Origin: the human T2T-CHM13v2.0 reference genome, Homo sapiens
Reading direction: 5' to 3' (one strand)
Assembly: GCF_009914755.1 (NCBI RefSeq)
Contig: NC_060929.1
Length of the DNA: 64,000 nucleotides
The notes below the pieces were generated by a model, which was not told the DNA's origin, searched no databases, and saw only the letters and a list, made by a program, of their open reading frames with translations. Within the stretch, counting starts at the first letter, position 1, and every line of letters begins with the position of its first letter. Below, piece by piece: positions 1 through 10,874 of this stretch. The position numbers and the translations under genes were made by a program.

Positions 1-177
1 TCCCCACCCGGGGCCCGGCTCAGCCTGCAGGGCGGCCAACCGAGCCGGCGACTCCTGAGTCGCCAGCCGCGCCACATTCCCGGCGGCCCCCGCCCGCCGA
101 ACCCGAGCCCCGCTCCGCCTGAGCCCCGTCTGGGTCCCGGCGCCCAGGAGTCCCGCGTCCCGCCCGCGCCCGGTTAC

Positions 178-426
178 CATGTAGGACGGGAAGCCGGCGG
201 CGGCGGCGGCGGCGTCGGCCGAGTACTGCAGCGGGCTCCCGAAGCCGGTGGCCGCCTGCGCCGTGAAGGCCGCCGAGCCCGGGTAGGGGCTGAACGCCGA
301 GCCCGACGCCGAGCGCGCCAGCTCCTCGCTGCGCGGAGCCGCCAAAGCCGACGCGCCGTAGGCCGGGCACGAGTAGAGCGCCAGCGAGCCGGGCGCCTGG
401 TACAGGTAGCCCTGCGGGTAGGACAT
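178..426 (-). CDS. IRX2: Iroquois homeobox 2, first coding exon (83 codons); the rest of the gene lies left of the window
   Basis: Manual translation from cccaccATG at 426 gives [83 protein letters not shown], the IRX2 N-terminus. It is followed by a phase-0 donor ATG|GTAACC at 177. Confidence 0.97.
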
Positions 427-452
427 GGTGGGCGCGGGGCGCGGGGCCCGCG

Positions 453-491
453 TCACGCCGAGCAGCGGGCAGGGCGCGCGGCGCCCTCCAT
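453..491 (-). other. 12-codon upstream ORF in the IRX2 5' leader ([12 protein letters not shown])
   Basis: ATG at 491 (tggATGg) runs to TGA at 455-453, ending 26 nt before the IRX2 ATG. Translation is not demonstrated. Confidence 0.55.
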
Positions 492-679
492 CCACGCCCG
501 GCCGGGGCGCGGCGCGGCGGCGGGCACCCGGACGGCCGGCGGAGGCAGGCCGGCCCGGGTACTAGCCTGGGCGGCCCGCGGGCCGGGGCGGCGGCGGGGT
601 GGCGGTGGCGGCGGCAGCAGCGCGGAGCCGGTGGGCGCAGCCGCGCGCCAGGCCGGCGGTCGGGGTTTGGGGGAGTCTG

Positions 680-1277
680 GAGTCGGGAGTGAGGAGTTGA
701 GGAAGGAGCGCTCGAGTTTCCGAGGGACATTGGAACGCGCAGCTGTCCATCACGCGCTCATCTGCATATTCGGGGGCCCGCCCCTCCCCTGCTCCGCCCG
801 CTGCAGCCTCCGGGCCGCGGCCGGGGGAGGGGCAGAGAGACGGGAGGGAGGCGGGGGAGGGCGGAGGCGACGGAGGCGGGCGGCGGGAGGGACCGGCAGG
901 CTTTTGTGGCGCAGCCGCCTCTCTAGCAGCTCCGGCCCCAGCCCGCGGCTCGCGGACCTGCAGCCCAGCCCGGCCGCGCTGCGTGCCCCGGCGCGCACCC
1001 CTCCCACTCCCATCCACTCGGAGCCACGTCCCCTGCCCGGCTCCGGCCGGCTCCCACCGTCCCCGGCCACCGTCTTCGCCCCTGCCCGGCCCCCGCCCCT
1101 TCCAGCCACTACCCCGCCCCCACCCCCTTCTCCACCCTCACGGACTAGGCAGAGGCCGCCCGCGGTCAGGCCAGGCCGGGTCCAATTAGGGGACTCACAG
1201 CCTGCCCCGCTGTGCACCCCGAGGAGGCCCGGCCCCTGTGTCCAATCCGGAAGTCGCAGGGAAGTGGGGAGGTCAGG
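680..1277. promoter_or_regulatory. Bidirectional IRX2 / C5orf38 promoter
   Basis: Lies between divergent ATGs at 426 (-) and 1278 (+), with no TATA box seen. Motifs: CCAAT at 729-733 (-), 1182-1186 and 1242-1246; ETS/GABP CCGGAAGT 1247-1254; E-box CAGCTG 740-745; octamer-like ATGCAGAT 760-767 (-); many GC boxes. Confidence 0.8.
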
Positions 1278-1477
1278 ATGGTGGCGCCCGCGGCTCGGGT
1301 CTTCCTCCGGGCAGTGCGCGCGGCTCTCACTTCCACGGTCCCGGACCTGCTCTGCCTCCTGGCCCGAGGCTCCCCGCGTGGCCTCGCGTCTGGTCGCCTA
1401 CCCCTCGCGGTCCACTCCGCCCAGCATGGACCTGGATCCGGGGCGCCTTGGTTGCGAATTGCCAGGAGGGCCCTGAG
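1278..1477 (+). CDS. C5orf38: C5orf38/CEI (IRX2-DT) exon 1 coding part: MVAPAARVFLRAVRAALTSTVPDLLCLLARG...RRALR
   Basis: Matches the recalled CEI N-terminus; aggATGg context; donor AG|GTGAGC at 1478. The coding status of this gene is disputed. Confidence 0.8.
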
Positions 1478-1634
1478 GTGAGCTTTCTGCCCCCAAATCC
1501 GCAGCGCAACCCCCGGGGCCCTGAACGTTACGACTTTCCACTGTTGGGAATGACGCCAGGGCTTCAGCTAAGAAGACGCCGTCCCCTAAAGAGTTTTATT
1601 TTATTTTGTTTTTCTAAGTTGACTCCTCTTTCAG

Positions 1635-1767
1635 ATTTGTGTTGTCAAAACACTGGGGGGATGATTGTTACCTGACAAACCGCCTCTGGCAGGACCTGAA
1701 GCCTCCCAGTCACGTCGAGAACGGGCAGGAGCTCAGGTTGGCGCCGCCGGTGCAGTGGGCATTACAG
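1635..1767 (+). CDS. C5orf38: C5orf38 exon 2 (FVLSKHWGDDCYLTNRLWQ...VQWALQ)
   Basis: Acceptor ctcttttcAG at 1633-1634 and donor CAG|GTAGCT at 1768; in frame with exon 1 (333 nt cumulative). Confidence 0.8.
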
Positions 1768-2297
1768 GTAGCTCAGGTGACGCGCGGCTGGAGTAGGGGG
1801 GCGGTTGCCTTGCGGGGCTCAGAAGCGAGGCGGTTGGCGAGGGTTCCTAGGACCCCAGCTTCCTAGAACCCTCTCCCCATCACGCTTCTCCAACCCTTTT
1901 CCACTCGGGGATGGCCGAAGAGGGCGTCTGGCTGCCCACTCCGAAGGGTCACCTATGGGGGGCGCTCAGGGGGATGGAAGAGTGTCAGGTCTGTGCTGGC
2001 CTATTGGGAGCACCCACCCAGCAGGTGCCTCTATCCTCGGAAGCCGTCTCGGGTGGGTGCGGTGGAGAAGAGAGAGCGCAGTGGCCTGGGGCGGGCCTCA
2101 GCTCAGGCCTGCAGCCGACTCCTGCACCCCTGCTGGCCCTGCAGCCTGCGGAGCAGCCTTAGTGATCTCAGGACGCAGGGCATGTTGCGGCCTCCCTGTG
2201 GTGCGGCTGCAGCGGCGCGGAGGGAGCGGAGCCCGGGTTGCCAGTCTGGTCCAGGGCGCAAGAGAAACACTCACGGCATCAGGCTGTCTTTCCCCAG

Positions 2298-2368
2298 GTG
2301 CAAGGGAACCAGTTGCAAACTGCAGTGCTGTGCTTGAGGATGGCTCCTCCTGAGCCGGCAGGCTCCCG
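2298..2368 (+). CDS. C5orf38: C5orf38 exon 3, 71-nt cassette (VQGNQLQTAVLCLRMAPPEPAGS)
   Basis: Acceptor ctttccccAG at 2296-2297 and donor CG|GTAGGC at 2369; in frame with exon 2. Confidence 0.75.
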
Positions 2369-4043
2369 GTAGGCGCGGTCCAGGCACGTTACCCCTCCCG
2401 CCAGGAGCTCCCGAGCCGAGCCACTCGCCCCCTACCAGTTATCCCACCCACCCCTTCGCCCACACTGCTCCCCCACCACTCTTCCTACAAACCACACCCC
2501 CATCCTGCACACATCCTCTTCAGGCCATCTCAACACACGCACACGCACACACACCCACGACCACCTCTCCCTCCACCCACAGACACCCCGTTCCCACAGG
2601 CTGGGCCCCCTGCAACGACCCAGCGGGGGGTTTCAACCTTGTTGCGACTCCACATGGGACATCCTAATTCAGTCCAGGACAGATATTTTTAATCAATTAC
2701 TATAGAGCTGAAAAACAGAGAGAGAGAAAGCAGCCGGGTTGGGCAAGCCGTCGACAGTCTGCGACATTTTTGCGCTTCCTGGGAGGGAATTCCTCCAAGA
2801 AGAGGGGTAAATGAGAGGCCCACACGCTGGATGGCAAACACAAACACTGTCAGATCAGATGGCAACCTTTAGGGTTCCTTTACGATCAGATCAGTTTAAA
2901 TGAAAAAAAAATCGGGTGTAATTTTTATCACCAGGGAGCACTGGCCTGGAGTATTTCCATTTCTAAAGAGCGGTTCCCGCTGTGGTTTCATTAGCATTTG
3001 GGGCTCATCCTCCCTCCCCCTCCCTTGACCCACCCCCCTCCCCCCGCCGGACCTCTGCCAGGGGCAGAAGAGAAAACAGCCAGTTATTATACAAACATCC
3101 TCAGTTTGGAGCTGGAGTGTCTGCTCTGGATACAGTCGATTCTGACATCAATTAAATATATAACCAGACACGTGCAGTGGCGGGGAGGGTCCCCTCACCC
3201 AGGGTGCATCTCCAGAAACGCCGCCTGCCCTTCCCCTCTCTTTAGCTCAGTGTTGGGAGTTTGAAGATGGCCTCTTCCCGTCCTGTGTGTATTTTCCCCT
3301 TAGCAATTATACTCCTCCACTGAAATCTATATGTTCCATACCGCTGCTGCCTGTTACTAATAAAAACCGTCTACCTTGCACTATTAAACAGTCGACTCTT
3401 ACTACATGCCGTTTTTATTCGTAGTGACTGTAGCAAATTAAAATGCCTACGCAGGGACATTAAAAACTTAACACTCGTCATTGTTATTGAAATATATAAA
3501 CTACGTTTTGCTTTAAAGCTCTCTGATATTAAAGAAAAAAATCACATTCCTTCTTCTTAAGTTAAAGTTGGCTTGGTCTTCTTCTTAAAAAAAAAAAAAA
3601 AAATCAATCATGAGAAAACATGCTGCCAGCGTGGAGTCTTGGCGCGGCGGTCCCGGCGAGGCTGCCTGAGAGGGTGGCGGGCTCAGCCCGGACTCCGTCT
3701 CGGGGCCACGAGGGCTGCAAGGCCGCGGCTCCCGAAGAGGAGGGCCTGGGATGTTTTGCTCAAGGGCGAGGCGGGGTGCTCAGGCCTGTGGGGTCGCTGG
3801 GGAGAGCCCGGCACTTGGCTTCTGAGGCTTTTCAGTTGCCGTCCGAGCAGGAGGGAGGGAATGAGCGGGCACGCAGGGAAAACCCAGTAACTGCTTTGCA
3901 AACGCGACCCCTGGTCACAATAACCCAGGCGGTGGGGGCAGTTTCAGGTTCCTGGTGGGCCCTGCCCCCTTTCCTAGGTGTGCCCTAGGAGGTGGGGAAA
4001 AAATTAACACTGTTTCTATTTTTCTTTATTGTCCCTGCAACAG

Positions 4044-4391
4044 CCAAAGAATTTAGAACGAGTCTACGTGGACACGCAAGTTTCAGCGAGCCGGGATTTC
4101 CTGCGAGGCCGAGCGCGAGGAACAGCCGGCCCCGGAGGCTCGGGCTCGGGGTCTCCCCGGGGACGCGGCCGACTGAGAAGGCCGGGGCGCTCGCCGGGCG
4201 CGGCGCCGTCCTCCGTGTCGCGGGGACGGAAGGAGGCGACGCAGGCCAGGAGTCGTGCGCGCGGGCGGCGAGGGGGCGCTGTGGCCCGTGTCTGCCGGCC
4301 CGAGTCCCGGCAACGGTGGGCGCGACCCACCTCCTCCCCCGGCGGCTTAATTCGGGGAAGAAGAAAAAACGGCATCGAGGCATTTCAATAA
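4044..4391 (+). CDS. C5orf38: C5orf38 terminal exon: ends RQRI* at 4056 with exon 3 (138 aa), or reads PKNLERVY...GIEAFQ* to 4391 without it (226 aa)
   Basis: Polypyrimidine tract and caacAG acceptor at 4042-4043; frame arithmetic gives 138 or 226 aa; AATAAA at 4387-4392. Confidence 0.72.
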   Translation, partial: PKNLERVYVDTQVSASRDFLRGRARGTAGPGGSGSGSPRGRGRLRRPGRSPGAAPSSVSRGRKEATQARSRARGRRGGAVARVCRPESRQRWARPTSSPGGLIRGRRKNGIEAFQ

Positions 4392-4392
4392 A
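4387..4392 (+). terminator. Polyadenylation signal AATAAA of C5orf38
   Basis: Canonical hexamer at the end of the terminal exon, followed by U/GU-rich sequence (ctttctcattgtggtt). Confidence 0.65.
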
Positions 4393-7300
4393 ACCTAAGC
4401 GACTCCTGATCCTTTCTCATTGTGGTTCCTTATGAGCTTTCGGTGTCTGGCGGGGAAACAGTTACCGTTCGGGGGTGTGGCAAACTTTTTTGGCAATTAA
4501 GATGAAACAGACGCTTTTATGTGGGTTTCCTTTAATGAAGTAACATTGGAAATGTAAGTAGTTTCAGTGCATCAAATCACATCGCTACCGTATTCGCGGT
4601 CACCGGCCCTCCCGTTCCAGGGCTCCCCGCGTTTGTCGAGGGAGAGAGCGAGGCAGGAACAGGGGGCCGGGGACATGAGAAGTTTGGCTAAGAAATTTTT
4701 CTTTTCTTTGAAAACAAAAGCGTTGTTATAAATGGAACAAAATTTAAGTCAACATGGAACCCACATCTCTTTCAAACGTCGTTTCTAGGTCTAGTACTCT
4801 GTGAGTAGGTTGGACTGGATTTCACGCTCAACTGGCATTTCTAGGCTCTCAAAGACGCTTCCGAGACCTAAATGTTTTCCTGGAAAACACGTGCAGAGGA
4901 GCATCCGTGGAAGACTGAAAGGTCCCCGCAGCTCCAGTCCTGGCAGGATGTGCAAGGCCTCTCGAGGTTTTCAAATGGGCCCCCGAGGCCTGGGAGATCC
5001 CCGAGTAGCCACGCGGGCGCCACTTCAGGGACGCGGGGCGGCGGCTACTGTGGGCCGGGAGGGCCCCCGCACGGGCTGCTCTGAGCGCCTGGACCCGGGA
5101 CCCTGCGCGCGCTCTTTTCTTTTTCTTTCGTTTCTTTCTTTCTTATTTATAATTCACATTCTAGGGACCTCGTATTCAGCTAACCAGCTCTTGCTTACTT
5201 AACTGCCCTGTTTTCAGCTCCGGATTTCTGGGAGGTCTCCCCATGGCTAACTTGTCCCTCCCGGCTTCCTTTAGCGCTCTGCAAAATTTGCCTTCCTCCC
5301 ACAGATGCCCCGCCTCCGACGTGCTTCCTGAAGTTTCTCTCCCGCTCAGGGTGCCCACAATCCTGAATTCTCCAGCATCTCGCCGACTCCGTCTCTACCC
5401 TCCTCTCCTTCCTAATCTCGCGCTGGCTTCGCCCTTTTCTCTCTCCTCCTCCTTCCTACGCGCCCCGCCCCCTCCCCCCAGGTCGCACCTCTCCCCGCCC
5501 GGGTCGGGAGCCCCTCGTGGCCAGGCGTCCGCGCGGCTCAAGACCGAGGTCCGCCACGCTGGGCCGCTCGTGGGCGGCTCTCACCCGGCATACCGTGGAA
5601 ACGGCGCGTCCCGCCAGCTGCGGCTCCAGCCTGGGAGGGAGCGCAGCGCGGGGAGCCTGCAGCGTCTGGAGAGTGAGGAAAAGGGACATTCCTTGGAAAT
5701 GGACAGAGCCGAGTTCCTTAAAGGGATCGCAGTTGAAAGAGACCCTCTTCAAAATCAGCAACGACCTGGCAGCCTTAGTTCCTCAACAGGAGATGGTTCG
5801 AAGATGAAATGTTTGAAACTCCGCCGCCGTTTCACCTTTGCACACACGCGCACGGCAGGCCCAGATCCGCACAGAGACGCAGACACGCGCGCGCTCGCGC
5901 TTCCCGGAGAGGTCGGCGCGTCTCGCTGAAGCTGTTCTGGTCAAGTGGAGTTGTCAGGGCTTTGTTTTGTTTTTGTTTTGTCTTTTAAATGTGTTTTACA
6001 AGACAGTCTTCAGCAGAACTTAGCTCCCTCAACCCTCCGTCCCTCCAGCAGCTCCTCCGTGGCTCTGCAATCTTCTGTTTAAACACCAGAGCGCACCTCG
6101 GTGCTGGCCTCGGCGGGGGTGCGGGGTGCGGGTCGCGGGGTGTGCGGTCACCCAGGAGGCTGCGAAGAGTGCAGGGGTCAGCTCCATCCCGACGAAAGCA
6201 GATAGGACTCCTCGCTCGCAAGAAACACTGGAGAAAAGAAAATAATTCCTCGAGTGTTTTTACAATTATTTTAATCCAACCAGCGAGGCTCTAAAGAGCG
6301 TTTGTCTTGAGGCCGTGTTGAATACCCTTTGCCAACTGTAAATTCGGCGTGTGTGCCCGAAACTGCTAGCCCTGACCAGGGGCTCGGCAGCACATGGCCA
6401 GGCACACACCGAACTCCTCCTTCCCAAATCCTTCTGCAGGATCCTACACCCCTGGAGTATATAGGCAGCGGGAGGGGAGGGTTGGGTTTTGCTTTCTTTG
6501 CTTTTTATTTTTATTTTTTAATATGGCTGGGAATGCAGAAATTTTAAAAATGGATACATTTGAGTGTGTTAAAAGTAAAAACTTCTCTTGGACAAAACAT
6601 AAACTGCTAACCGCAACGGGGGAGAAGATATTTGCCGCACATGTAAATAACAGAGACTGTTCTACAGCACCAGGAGGAATTCTGACTGCCAATGGGTGAA
6701 GACGAGGCACCCAGGGAAATAAAGGGGCAGGGATGGGGCAGCCCTCCACGCAGAGGAGACGCCTGAGAATGCGCACATTCACTGGTTGTCTATCTCTAGA
6801 CAACAGCAGATGCCTCTTCACACCAATCGATGGCACCCAGAAAGGCCTAGGATGTGCCCTGTTCAAACTCTCCCTGCGGTGCAGCTTAAATTTCTATAGA
6901 GAAATTCGGGAGACATTTGGCCGCATCTGAAAGCGCAGAAGGTGCGTGCTCCCTGGCACCCAGCACACAGGTGTTGGGGAAGCGGGGACGAGGCAGCCCT
7001 GGAGCATGGTTTGCAGGAGTGCAAGACTGCAAGCCTCCTCCACGGCCACCACTCCAGGCCTGGATAAAGAATTCGTGGCATATTTCAGGGAACAGAATGT
7101 CCCCTGGGGCGAAAGGGGATGAAGTCATTCTACTTGTACCAACTTGAGTGCCTCCTAAAAGTGTAACCTTGGGGGCGGGGATACAGAAGGATGATGCTGA
7201 CAATGGAATTTAAAAACAAACAGCAACATTTTGTGGTGTCTACAGGCGTGGGGGTGGAGGAGCTGCAGCGTCACCATGGGAACAAAAGTCTCCCACGCAT

Positions 7301-8258
7301 CTCAGGCCCGAGGAATCTTTAAAGAGGGAGAGTGGGCATGGGAGGAGGACTTAAGCTATTAGTCATATTTTATTTCGAAAACTAGATCTTAAGTAACTGT
7401 AGCAAAATGTTAACAATTCTTACCTTGGAATACCGGTTACATGGGATTATGTTACTCTATTTTTTCATCATGTGAAATATTTTATATTTTGACAATTAAA
7501 ACTAAATAGTAGCTTTTTATAAAAGTGGCATATGCACTGAAGTATAATGTGCTAATTTGGGATTCGTTTAAATAAAACAGCTTTCTTAGAATATTTTATT
7601 TTTAATGTCTCTTTTCTCGTCTCAATTCCCCCACCTCTAAAAAATCCAAGCATGTCTTGGAATTGCCATTTAGCCTTAAAGGGAATTCCACTTGCACGTA
7701 TGTCTTTGTGCCCCTGTCCTGAGCATCCTGTGGAGGCTGTCCCAGCCCTGGCCCTCCCTCCACTTCCTCTCCAAGCCCAGGGCCTGGTTCCCACTTTGCT
7801 CATGGTGGTGCATGAGAGGAAGGGGTGCACTCTGGAGGCAAAGGACAAGCCTGGGTGTGCTGGGCACAGTGTGGCTGCATGCCATCACCCGCATGCGTCT
7901 ACGGGAAAAGACATGCTTCTACATGCCATTTGACATTTTCTCATTCCAGAGTGTTTGTGGTATAAAGAATATAGCCTGGAAAGGAAAAGGGCAGTCGGAG
8001 GCAGAGGGGAAGGCTGGCCTTCAGTGCTCGGCTGGACTCCAGGTTCCTAGCAGGTCCTTTCCCCTTCCACATCCCCTCTCATTCTCAGCGTAGAACACAG
8101 GGCCTTTCTGGCCAGTATGCTCCTTCCAGAAACAACCAGTTCTGCCTAGTTCTCTTCACTGTGGCCAGAAGAAGCTGGATCTTTGCAAATACAAATCTGC
8201 TGAGAGCCCCAGCACAGTGGGAGGCCATCGGGGCTGGCCTTGGTCAGTAGTTAGAAGG

Positions 8259-8694
8259 TGATGTGTTTGGATGTGTGTTCCCTCCAAATCTCATGCTGAC
8301 ATGTGGCCTCCAGTATTAGAGACAGGCCTCATGGGAGGTGTCGAGGTCATGGATGCAGAGTGGCCTCCAGTATTAGAGGTGGACCTCATGGGAGGTGTCG
8401 AGGCCATGGATGCAAAGTCCTCATGAACTGCTTGGCACAGTAATGAGTGGTCATGAGTTCACAGGAGAACTGAGACTCCCTCTTCTCTCTCTTGTTCCCA
8501 CTGTTGCCCTGTGACATGCCTGATCCCCCATTGCCTTCTGCTGTGATTGGAAACTTCTGGAGGCCTTGCCAGAAGCAGACGCCGGCACCACACTTCCTGT
8601 ACAGCCTGAAAACCAAGAACCAAAATAAACATTTTTTCTTGTTAAATTACCAGTCTCAGGTATTCCTTTATAGCAATGCAAACGAACTGAGACA
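8259..8694 (+). mobile_element. MaLR solo LTR, MST family (MSTB-like), with an internal 57-bp tandem duplication
   Basis: TG...CA ends; MST motifs ccctccaaatctcatg, cttcctgtacagcctg and tcaggtattcctttatagcaatgcaaac; duplicated unit starts at 8303 and 8360. Confidence 0.8.
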
Positions 8695-9074
8695 CGAGGT
8701 CTGCATATTTGATTCTATTCCTCGCTGTGCTTGGAACTAGGCAGGGAGGAGGGTACTGCTTCCTGGAAAGTGACACAAATCCAGCCCTCCCTCTGCTGAC
8801 ATGCCTGACCACCCTGTGGAGCTGCTTCGGCCTGTGGACTCCAGCCCTGGTCAGTAGTTAGAAGGTGATGTGTTTGCAGCCCTTGTCTCTCTGCCTGCAG
8901 CCAGGCTCCCCGCCAGGCCGGGGCTCTCCAGGTGGCTTCCTCCTGTAAACTTCGCATTTATTTCTCCCTTTGGAGGTCAGCAGAGGCCCAGGAGGCTCCC
9001 AAAGCTCTGCGGCAGCAGCTGCCAGGGCTGCAGGTTCCTGTTGGGATGGTTCTCTGGCCTCAGCCCAACCCCTG

Positions 9075-9575
9075 ACTCCATGCCTGGCATGTTGGGGGCA
9101 CTAGACAAACATTGATTAAATGAACGTATATGAGAAAGAATGAATGACTCACTCTTGGTTTTTCATCTTTATTTCTAAAAGGCATGGCGGGGTGATGAAG
9201 GAGATAAACAAGAATGACAGGAACACTTGCTCACAGGCCCCCTGCCCCACCAAGAGCCGTCACTAGACCTGACCCGGGTGAACCACCCAGGCTCCACCCA
9301 GATCATTTGATGGCACTCTTCAGTGGCACAGGCTCCCAAGAACAAAGCAAGAACAGTTTTGCAAGTTAAATTTTAGGGTTCGGTAAATAGATATGTACAT
9401 TTAAAATAATATTTAGTTAGTAAAATAAATTCTTACATTAACAATCAACCCAAAACCATGTGTTCCTTAAGAAAAGCAGACACGTATTTTTATCGTTCTA
9501 TTCCAAAGGACCTCCACAGCTCCCAGCACACAGTGGGTGCTCAATATAGCTAGTTGAGGGAATGAATGAATGCAT
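9075..9575 (+). mobile_element. Two L2 3'-end remnants (about 9080-9148 and 9515-9575)
   Basis: tgcctggcatg...aatgaatga and cccagcacacagtgggtgctcaata...gaatgaatgaatg tails. Confidence 0.55.
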
Positions 9576-9659
9576 GTTGAAGTCTGGGGAAAAAGAAAGT
9601 TTAATAAAAGCAAACTAAACTTTAATGATATTTTCAGTAAAAAAACAAACAAAAAGAGT

Positions 9660-10835
9660 TATAGATATCTTATTTTAAAAGCAAATTAGATCCTAGCAAG
9701 GCTTTGTAGACATAGACAAGTTTATTCTAAAATATATATGGAAAGACATGAGCCTTAGAATAGCTAAAACAATTTGAAAAAGAAGAATAAAGTGGGAGAA
9801 ATCAGCATACCCAATTTCAAGATATTTATATGGCTATAGTAATCAAAATAGAGTGATGTTGGTGGATGGATAGGCCTTGATCAATGGAACAGAACAGAAA
9901 ACCCAGAAATAGACACAAACAAATATGCTCCATTTATTTTTGACAAAGGCACAAAACAATTCAATGTTTCAACTTTGTTGAAAAGTTCGCCTTTTCAACA
10001 AATGGAGCTGGAGCAATTAGACACCCATTAAGGAAAAAAAAAGTTCACTTTATGTAAAAATTAACCAAAAATGAATCACAGACTTAAATGGAAAATGGAA
10101 AATTATAAAATTTGAGAATAATAGGATAAGGTCTTCAAGACCTAGGGCTTGGCAGAGTTTTCAGATCAGATATCTAAAGCACAATACATAAAAGCAAAAT
10201 CTTGATTAGCTGGACTTCACCAAATGTAAAACTTTTGTTTGTGAAAGACCCTTAAGATAACAAAAAGATGTATTAGAGACGGAGAGAAAATATTTGCAAA
10301 CCACATATCTGATTAAGGACTCATATTTACAATATACATAGAAACACAATAGTAAAACAGAGACAAAAACAAAAACAAAAACAGAAACACAAACCAATTA
10401 GAATTTAGGGGGAAAAACACAAACACATTTTCTGTTTTTCAAAGAAAAAATACAGATGGTAAAAAACAAAAAGCACATACAATGATTTTAACCTCTTTAA
10501 TCTTCAAGGAAATGCAAATTAAAACCACAGTGAGATCTATATATCTATCAGAGTAGCAAAAATCTAAAAATAGTAGCAATACCTACTACCGCAAAAAGGC
10601 AGAGAAACAGATCACTCATACATTGTTGGTGGGAATATAAAATCTTACATCCATTCTGGAAAACAGTCTGGAAGTTTTTTATAAAACTGGAGATGCATCT
10701 ACCATACAATCCAGCAATTGCCTTCATGGGTGCTGGTCCCAGAGACTCATATGTTTCACACAGAAGCCTATATATCAACAGTCACAGCAGCTTTATTTGT
10801 AACAGGCAAAAACCAGAATCAGCCCAGATGTCCTG
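9660..10835 (+). mobile_element. Old L1M element, degenerate ORF2 3' part
   Basis: L1 ORF2 motifs gatcaatggaacagaacagaaaacccagaaatagac, ttttgacaaagg and gaaatgcaaattaaaaccacagtgagat. Confidence 0.85.
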
Positions 10836-10874
10836 CGCAGGCTTTAGGCAGGGAGTAAAATAGTTTGATTTACT

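Larger units (their letters stand above)
1..2460. promoter_or_regulatory. CpG island covering IRX2 exon 1, the shared promoter and C5orf38 exons 1-3
   Basis: Very high GC and CpG density with GCC/CGG runs and no interspersed repeats. Confidence 0.9.
3620..6230. promoter_or_regulatory. Downstream CpG islands (about 3620-4680 and 4950-6230)
   Basis: CpG-dense, repeat-free blocks separated by short AT-rich spacers. Confidence 0.75.

Noticed and set aside
738-758. REST/RE1 site in the IRX2 promoter
   Set aside because: Only one half-site (gctgtcca) matches; the other half is absent.
20-1476. Long ORFs 20-730 (-), 631-1476 (+), 562-1017 (-) and 750-1217 (-)
   Set aside because: Pro/Arg/Gly-rich, mostly non-ATG starts, and expected from stop-codon scarcity in a CpG island; 20-730 is an off-frame shadow of IRX2 exon 1.
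5243-5929. 228-aa ATG-initiated ORF (MANLSLPASF...)
   Set aside because: Lies in a CpG island, resembles no family I recognise, and has no supportable exon structure.
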